A DNA stretch of 64,000 bases from Octopus vulgaris (lineage: Eukaryota), in the NCBI GenBank assembly GCA_951406725.2, contig OX597830.1:24366001-24430000 (forward strand). Reading direction: 5' to 3'. The position numbers and the translations under genes are program-made. Shown in pieces: positions 55,778-64,000 of this stretch. Below the pieces are notes generated by a model. It saw only the letters and a program-made list of their open reading frames with translations, had not been told where the DNA came from and did no database searches. How positions within the stretch are numbered: position 1 is the stretch's first letter; the number at the start of each line of letters is the position of its first letter.

Positions 55778-56636
55778 CATTTACCGCTATTTGTGCACTA
55801 ACATGAGATACTTGCTTGTATTATATGAGTCTATGTTACTGAGCATGTCTTACGTTAGTTTTATAAGCCATACTCTTCCTGCTGTCTTAGGGCATCTTGA
55901 AAGAGTATTAATTTTGGAGGTTTCCTTCTCCTAGTTTTGTTGCTTTCACCGCAGCTAAGGAGCTCAACAATCTACCCTTACAAAAATCTATTTAACTGAT
56001 TGATGGGACCCTGTCAGGTTCTACAGATCCGAATCAAAACGGACTTGGGAGTAATGATAATTAAGGGGTGACTCCACACGCTCTTCATAACACCAGAACT
56101 CCCAAACTGGGGCCTTATTTGCTCAATAAAAAAATTTAGAGCATAACTACAGAAGAGTGTCTCACCCTCACCGAGTTTGTTTCCTCCTAACTTTCTGGAA
56201 AATAGATAGATTTAATGAAACTTTCCATATGACGATCACATCGGAATTTGTTGGGAAAACCTTTTTCCGTGTGGTGTGGAGTTTCGGATGATTTACGTGC
56301 TTCGACTTTGTTTCCTTATTACTTTCAGCAAAATGTGCAGATTTTTTAACAAAATTTTCTACAAATAATTTCAGATGGTGTTGATTACGATTATATCGTA
56401 AATGAAAATGAAGAAGCAAAAATTGAGTGTGAGCGAACATTTCACGCTTCTTAATTTTGTTTCCTCATACATTTCGATGTTGTAAATTATTACAATTATG
56501 TTTTTAAAAAAATACTTTTGAATCCATCGTGGTCCCTAGTATTTCTAGCATACTAAACGACCTTATAGAACAGAGGTTCTCAACGTGGGCGGTACTGCCC
56601 CCAGATTGCGTTAAGGATGTCGAGAGGAGCGCCAGG

Positions 56637-56676
<40 letters not shown>

Positions 56677-57295
56677 AAAATAACAGGAACCAAGAGGTGG
56701 AACGAAACGACGAATCGGAACGAACCTGACGCGGGGCGCTGTCAGACAATAATGTGATATATATATAGGTGACCTGACAGAATCGTTCGCAAGCCGGGCG
56801 AAATGCTTTATATATATATTCTTAGTAAGAGTACTTGGAATGAAAACGGCTATATAAATTGTTCAAATGAGTGAATAAAGTTCTTGAGAAGATCAATACT
56901 TGATAGAAAGCTTTGCACTGTTTCAGCAGTAAAGTCTTCGAATAGCGTACGTGTCACTAGAATCGATTCGAACCAACAGGTAAAAAGGACAAACTTCAGT
57001 TTAGCTCAGCATCTACAGGCAAAGTAAAGCTGGAAGACAATACATCTTGCTGTAGAGGGATTAATAAATCTTTTTTTTTTCTTTTACTGATTAAAATGAC
57101 GAGAGATTTACTATAAAACAGTTATTTGAGATATCAGAATTGGTGTTAATTCTGACTTTAGGCTTTATTTAATAAACTCTTTTAGATTTTTAGATATCAA
57201 TAATTTTTTCCATTATAAAATTGAAACGAATGCGTGACCATACATTGCTGTAGGTCGTATATTAGGCATCTCTGCTACAGGTAATTAAAATATTT

Positions 57296-57675
57296 GGTTG
57301 TGGTTGTGTGGTAAGAAGCTTGCTTCCCAACCACAGGGTTCTGGTTTCAGTTCCACTGCGTGGCACCTTGCGCAAGTGTTTTCTACTATAGCCTCGGGCT
57401 GACCAAAGCCTTGTGAGTGGATTTGATTGACAAAAGTTATAAGAAGCTCGTCACATATATGTGTGTGTGCGCGTGTGTGTGTGCGTGTGTGTGTGTGTGT
57501 GTGTTTGACCTCTCCCACCATCGCTTGACAACCGATGTTGATGTGTTTACGTCCCCCTAACTTAGCAGTTCGGCAAAAGTGACCGATAGAATAAGTACTA
57601 GGCTGAAACCCTTTGAGGCATTGCTCCAGAATGGTCACAGTCAAATGACAGATAAGCAGTAAAAGAATAAAAGAA
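57296..57675 (+). mobile_element. SINE family A, diverged
   Basis: Consensus match. Confidence 0.82.
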
Positions 57676-58349
57676 TATCGGGAATCTTGGTGGGCTCAGA
57701 CTTTGAACGCATGCAAACGAAATAACATTAATTATTTTTATTATGGAATTTAGCCGAAGGCATAACCAAGCTTTGCTGCGGATCATCTATTTCACATCTC
57801 TGCTCAAGATAATTAAAATATTTGGTTAAGTCACAGCAATGAGAACAAAGCCAAATGCAAAAAACGAAACGTTTTTCTTTATTTTAGATTTTGTTTATCT
57901 CCAGCGGATCATTTAACTAATATAAAAAGAAAAACACGACCCTCTCGGGGTACAATGAAATATGCATCAACTCATACGTTCACATCAAGAATATGGCAGA
58001 CCAAATACAAAACCTCTTTATATATATATATATTTATTGACAAAAAAAATTGATCATAAAATACAAATTATATCAACGAATTTAGGAAATATATCAGGTA
58101 AAGAGCAATTGAAATTATTGCTTTTTTTTCTTATTTTTCTTTTCAAAAAAAGAAACCCACCTGATTAATATTAGCAACAAGATAAATCACATTATACATT
58201 ATACGGAAATCCATTTTTAAATGCACGCTATAATCACTCAACATGGCGGATATGAGTTTCTTTCTAACCAACGGGAAAATGAAATTAATTGAATGATTAG
58301 CTCAAAATCCATATCGCAAACATTTTAATAAGCACACGAATATTTTGGT

Positions 58350-58350
58350 G

Positions 58351-58431
<81 letters not shown>

Positions 58432-58438
58432 CACACAC

Positions 58439-58485
<47 letters not shown>

Positions 58486-58508
58486 ATATATATATATATA
58501 TATGTATG

Positions 58509-58592
<84 letters not shown>
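58350..58592. repeat. (TA)n-rich microsatellite
   Basis: Direct reading. Confidence 0.95.
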
Positions 58593-58597
<5 letters not shown>

Positions 58598-59288
58598 GAT
58601 TGTTATTTTTATTATAATTATTGTTATTTCATTTTTGTTGTTATAATTTTATATTTTATTTTTATTTTCGTATTTTTAGTTTTAATTTTAGTATTTCTTT
58701 TTTTTTTGCGGGGGTGGGGGTGGAATAAACCATTAATGATGGATTTCCATCAACTTAAAAGCAAAAAGATATACCATTAGAACAAACAATGGAATGAACA
58801 ATTTTTGTTCCAAGTGATTAAAGAGAAATGCACGTGTTTAATTTGCCATGCAAATATCGCTACCGTACTAAAAGTGAGAAGAAGTGGGAAGACGTTTTAA
58901 TACCTGTTCATAAAACCATTTTGCGTTATTTTGTTCTTTATTTTTTTCTTGGCGGTTTTCTCCGAATTTGGAAATGGGAAAAACAACATTGAAAACGGAA
59001 GAATGAATTTTATATTTTGAGCAAGCAACAATCGTTTTCTAAACCTGACAAATTCTAAATATTTTACTGTTAAATAGGCATTATTTCGCATAACCATCTG
59101 TCTGTCTGTATGTGCGTCAGTCGGTGTGTCGGTCTGTGTGTCTGTCTATCTATCTATCCATTTATTTATCCGTCTATGTATGTATGTATGTATGTATATG
59201 CCTGGTTGTTTGTCTGTTTATTTATCAATCTATCTATGCATCTATCAATATATCTGTCTATCTCCTCCTTTCTATCTCCCTATATATG

Positions 59289-59382
<94 letters not shown>

Positions 59383-59502
59383 ATGATTATTAAATGATAA
59401 AGGAAATTTCTTCTGAAGCTTGGTGGCTCTTTATTTACAAATAAAAAAACAACGAAGCAGGTGTAATGAATACAGCAACTAGATTCGGAACAAAGGATGA
59501 TG

Positions 59503-60763
59503 GGATCTTTTCCTTTTGATGGACGGAATTTTCTAGTTAACTAAACAATTTGAAACTTCGTATACTGGTAGAATGTGTCAAAAGAAAACATTATTGTAAA
59601 CAAAATTGAAAACAAAATTGTAATTTGTAAGTTTAACGTAGTTTAATTATTCGAATTTTAACCAATGAAATCGCAGCATTTGAGCGTCTAAAAACTCACA
59701 CACACACACACATCTTATTCATCCTTCTCTCTCTTCTGTCTTCTGTCTTCTGCATGTGCTAGAAATAACAGCTATATCTCTTAAATCGATGAATTTCGTC
59801 GCCCAATAAAAATATTAACGATATTTTTGAATATTTTCTTTATTTTTTTTTTACCGAAAAGGCTTCTCCCATGGTTTTGAAGGGCCAGAAACAACAAAAA
59901 CAAAACAATAATATGCCTAAAGCGGTCTAGAGTTTGCGCGTGGAGTGTGAGTCGTATTGTAAAAATTTGCGAAATATTTTTTCATAAAAGGATATTCCAG
60001 CTTGTCGGAAGCTGTGATATAAATTGGGGAAAAAATCCTCGACACCAGTGCATAATTGGTACTTAATTTATCGACCCCGAAACGATGAAACATTGATCCC
60101 CCCTCCTACTGGTTTATTTACCTTTTGTGTAAATTTGTTGCGGCAAGGGGTAAAACACAGAGGGAGCAAAGCATGAGATACAAAAGTATTAAGTCGATTC
60201 TATCGACACCGAAACGATGAAACATTGATCCCACCCTTCTGGTTTATTTACCTTTTGTGTAAATTTGTTGCGGCAAGGGGCAACTCACGAACGTGTATGT
60301 ATGCTTGTGTGCGTATGTGTGTGTATGTATATCTCCGTTTGTATGTGTGTGTACGCTTATATATTAATTACTATGTGCTTGTGCAAATGTATATGCATGT
60401 GTTTGAGAGAGAGAGAGTGACAGAGAGAGAGAGAGAGTGTGTGTGTGTGTGTGCAAGTGTACGTGTGTATGTATCTGAATATGTGTGTGTATGCGGCATG
60501 CATCTGCTATGTTTCTTTATCAATATCGATAACGCAGCAAATGATTTGAGCTCAAATGCTCGGATTTCATTGGTTAAAATTCGAAGATGCTGGGATTTCA
60601 TTGGTTAAAATTCGAATAATTAAAGTACGTTAAACTTACAACTTACAATTTTGTTTTCAATTTTGTTTACAAGAATGTTTTCTTTTGACACATTCTACCA
60701 GTATACGTAGTTTCAAATTTTTTAGTTAACTAGAAAATTCCGTCCATCAAAAGGAAAAGATCC
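59503..60763. mobile_element. Merlin-like non-autonomous DNA transposon with ~170-bp TIRs
   Basis: GGATGATG|GGATCTTTTCCTTTTGATGGACGG ... CCGTCCATCAAAAGGAAAAGATCC|GGATGATG (8-bp TSD). Confidence 0.9.
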
Positions 60764-60819
60764 GGATGATGAAATAACTTGAAGATTACAGAATGATAGT
60801 TCAAGAGATATTTCATTAG

Positions 60820-60983
60820 GGGTAGACATGACTGAGTGGTTAAGAAGCTCGCTTTGCAACCATGTGATCACAGTTTCAGTTCCACTGTGTGGCACCCTTG
60901 GGCAGCTGTCTTTTACTATAGCCGCGAGCCAACCACTGGCTGCCTTTTGAATAGATTTGGTTGACATAAACTGTGAAAGCCTG

Positions 60984-61035
<52 letters not shown>

Positions 61036-61230
61036 ACTTGTTCCCACTCCATCGCTTGACTAATGATTTTGGTTTGTTTACTTCCATGTGACTTAGCGGT
61101 TCGGCAAAAGAAATCGATAGAATAAGTATCAGAGTTTAAGCAAAATTACTGGGTGCGATTCGTTCGACTAAAACCGTGAAGGCGGTGCCCCAGCTTGGTC
61201 GCAATCCAATGACTGAAGCAAGTAAAATAT
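60820..61230 (+). mobile_element. SINE family A, diverged
   Basis: Consensus match. Confidence 0.8.
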
Positions 61231-61253
61231 GAAAGATTAAAAATAAATAGATA

Positions 61254-61590
61254 AGGTGTGGCTGTGTGGTAAGAAGTTTGCTTCCCAACCACATGGCTCC
61301 AGGTTCAGTCTCACTTCGTGGTACCCTGGGTAAGTGTCTTCTACTATAGTCATGAGCCGACCAAAGCGTTGTGAGTAGATCTGGTCGACGGAAATTGAAA
61401 GAAGCCCGCTGTATATATATATGTATCTATACCCCATCTCGGCTTGACAACCGGTGTTTGTGTGTTTACGTCCCCGTAGATTAGCGGTTCCGTAAAAAAA
61501 GTCCGATAGAATAAGTTCTAGGCTCAAGAAATAAGTCCCGCGGTGCTCCAGCATGGTTGCAGTCAGATGAGTGCAACAAGCCAAAGAATA
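61254..61590 (+). mobile_element. SINE family A, diverged
   Basis: Consensus match. Confidence 0.8.
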
Positions 61591-61764
61591 AAGAAAAAAG
61601 AAAGAAATATTTTTCCCTACAAATAAATGAATTACTAAATTGATATTGTCGACATAACACAAGCGTGCATACGTGCTTGCTGAATTCACTGTTGAAAAAG
61701 GTTGATTTTAAAATGTTAACCGTTACAAGATAAAATTCGCAGAAAAGACCTTTTATCTTTTATC

Positions 61765-61945
61765 GCTTACTTATTTCAGTCATTAGACTGCGGCCATGCT
61801 GGGGCACCGTCTTGAAGAATTCTTATTCGAATGAATCTACCCCAGTACTTTTTGTAAGCTGGTACTTACTCTATCAAGAGCTTGCTGAACCGCTAAATTA
61901 CGAGGGTGAAAAGATCGGTTGTCAAGAAGTGGTGCACGACAAACA
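61765..61945 (-). mobile_element. SINE family A 3' half
   Basis: Consensus match (reverse complement). Confidence 0.75.
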
Positions 61946-61962
61946 CACACACACACACACAC

Positions 61963-62003
<41 letters not shown>

Positions 62004-62005
62004 CA

Positions 62006-62527
<522 letters not shown>

Positions 62528-63414
62528 TATATATATATACCGACCGGTGAAAATTGGGATATTGTGCTATAGGGAAGACTCCCCCAAAATGCTACTTGTG
62601 TGGCATGAGGGAGCATATGCGAAGGAAATGCCCGAATACAGAAGTTTAGAAAAGGTTGGAAACAACGGTGGAAGAAAAAGCAGCCGACGAAGTGAAGAAG
62701 GAGGGCAATAATAGAACGAATATGGTGAAGAGCAGGAAGAAAGAACGTAAAAAGTCACCAACTTTAGAAGAAACGAAAAAAAGTAAAGGAATAGCAGAGA
62801 ATATAACATCAGAACGGTAACACTGAGGAACCAACTATAGAAGAGATAGAGGGAGCGATGGAACTGCAAAACGAAGACGAAATAGAGCGATAAAATCTAG
62901 AGTTGTTTAAGCTCAAAGATAAAGAAGAACAGATGGAAGAGACGTATTTGCAGCCGGGAGAAATTACAGATACACAAACGGAACGAAGCGGTAGACTCGA
63001 GAAGGAAAACACAAGAAAAGAGAGAGAACGAGAGGAAGAAGAAATGTCGTGTAAAGAATAAGTGTGGTGAAAAAACGTAGACGGCAATATAATTACGAGT
63101 ATAATGCAACTAATGTTTTAAAAAAAATGTGAATTGAACTGCAAATGAACTGAGAATTGAACTTGTGTTATTGGTTTGTGAAATTGTTGTAAAAAAAAAA
63201 GGAAAAAATGTAATGCTTGGAAAAAAAGATAAAATAGAAAAGGAAAATAGAAAGACTAATGTGAACAATTAATGATATATTTTATACGATAATGATAAGA
63301 AGACCATCGTGGTTTCGCCTCACACTGAGACCCAATGGTATTGAGAATTAATGTGAGAAATACACGGTTCGTCTCGCAGCGGGAGTGAGTCGAACCGTCT
63401 CATTCTCATTATAT

Positions 63415-63820
63415 CTCTTTTACTCTTTTACTTGTTTCAGTCATTTGACTGTGGCCATGCTGGAGCACCGCTTTCAATCGAGCAAATCGACCCCGGGACT
63501 TATTCTTTTGTAAGCCCAGTACTTATTCTATCGGTCTCTTTTGCCGAACCGCTAAGTAACGGGGACATACACACACCAGCATCGGTTGTCAAGCAATGCT
63601 AGGGGGACAAACACAGACAAACAAACACACACACGCTTATATATACATACATATATATGACGGGCTTCTTTCAATTTCCGTCTACCAAATCCACTCACAA
63701 GGCTTTGGTCGGCCCGAGGCTATAGTAGAAGACACTTGCCCAAGGTGCCACGCAGTGGGACTGAACCCGGAACCATGTGGTTGGTAAACAAGCTACTTAC
63801 CACACAGCCACTCCTGCGCC
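63415..63820 (-). mobile_element. SINE family A, full length, close to consensus
   Basis: Consensus match (reverse complement). Confidence 0.92.
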
Positions 63821-64000
63821 CTTTATATGTTAATCATTCCATCCATCATACCTCATTTGTTTTATGTTCCCGTTTGTCTTGTTATGTCCCCTCTATATAA
63901 TCAGGCCATTGTGCCTATGATAAAGAAAAAAGCAAGCCATGCTACTCCAGAGCCGTTTTTGAATTTATTTTTGAGAAGTGAGATGGGCTGATGCGAAACC

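Noticed and set aside
56571-56740. CAGAGGTTCTCAAC hAT-like terminus
   Set aside because: No matching second terminus or TSD found

Overview
This is AT-rich, extremely repeat-dense eukaryotic DNA with no recognisable intact host gene. The SINE and microsatellite landscape looks like an octopus (coleoid cephalopod) genome; that assignment is inferred from repeat families only. Most predicted ORFs are microsatellite read-throughs. The interpretable content is: three tRNA-derived SINE families (about 40 copies or fragments); non-LTR retrotransposon fragments (RLE/R4-Dong-like, Tx1-like x3, CR1/L2-group, Penelope-like); DNA transposons (an IR/DR Tc1 DD34E element with a complete piggyBac nested in it, pogo/Tigger, mariner, Helitron, two Merlin-like MITEs with 8-bp TSDs, hAT and Tc1 MITEs); and several long palindromes. 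The most interesting signals are: (1) several minimal hammerhead-ribozyme motifs tied to Penelope-like termini and foldback units, one with a U3:A8 core; (2) a SINE whose 3' tail matches the 3' end of the Tx1-like LINE in this window; (3) three retroelement clades each sitting in a different microsatellite; (4) a spliced piggyBac transposase. All alignments were made by eye, and boundaries of decayed repeats are approximate.
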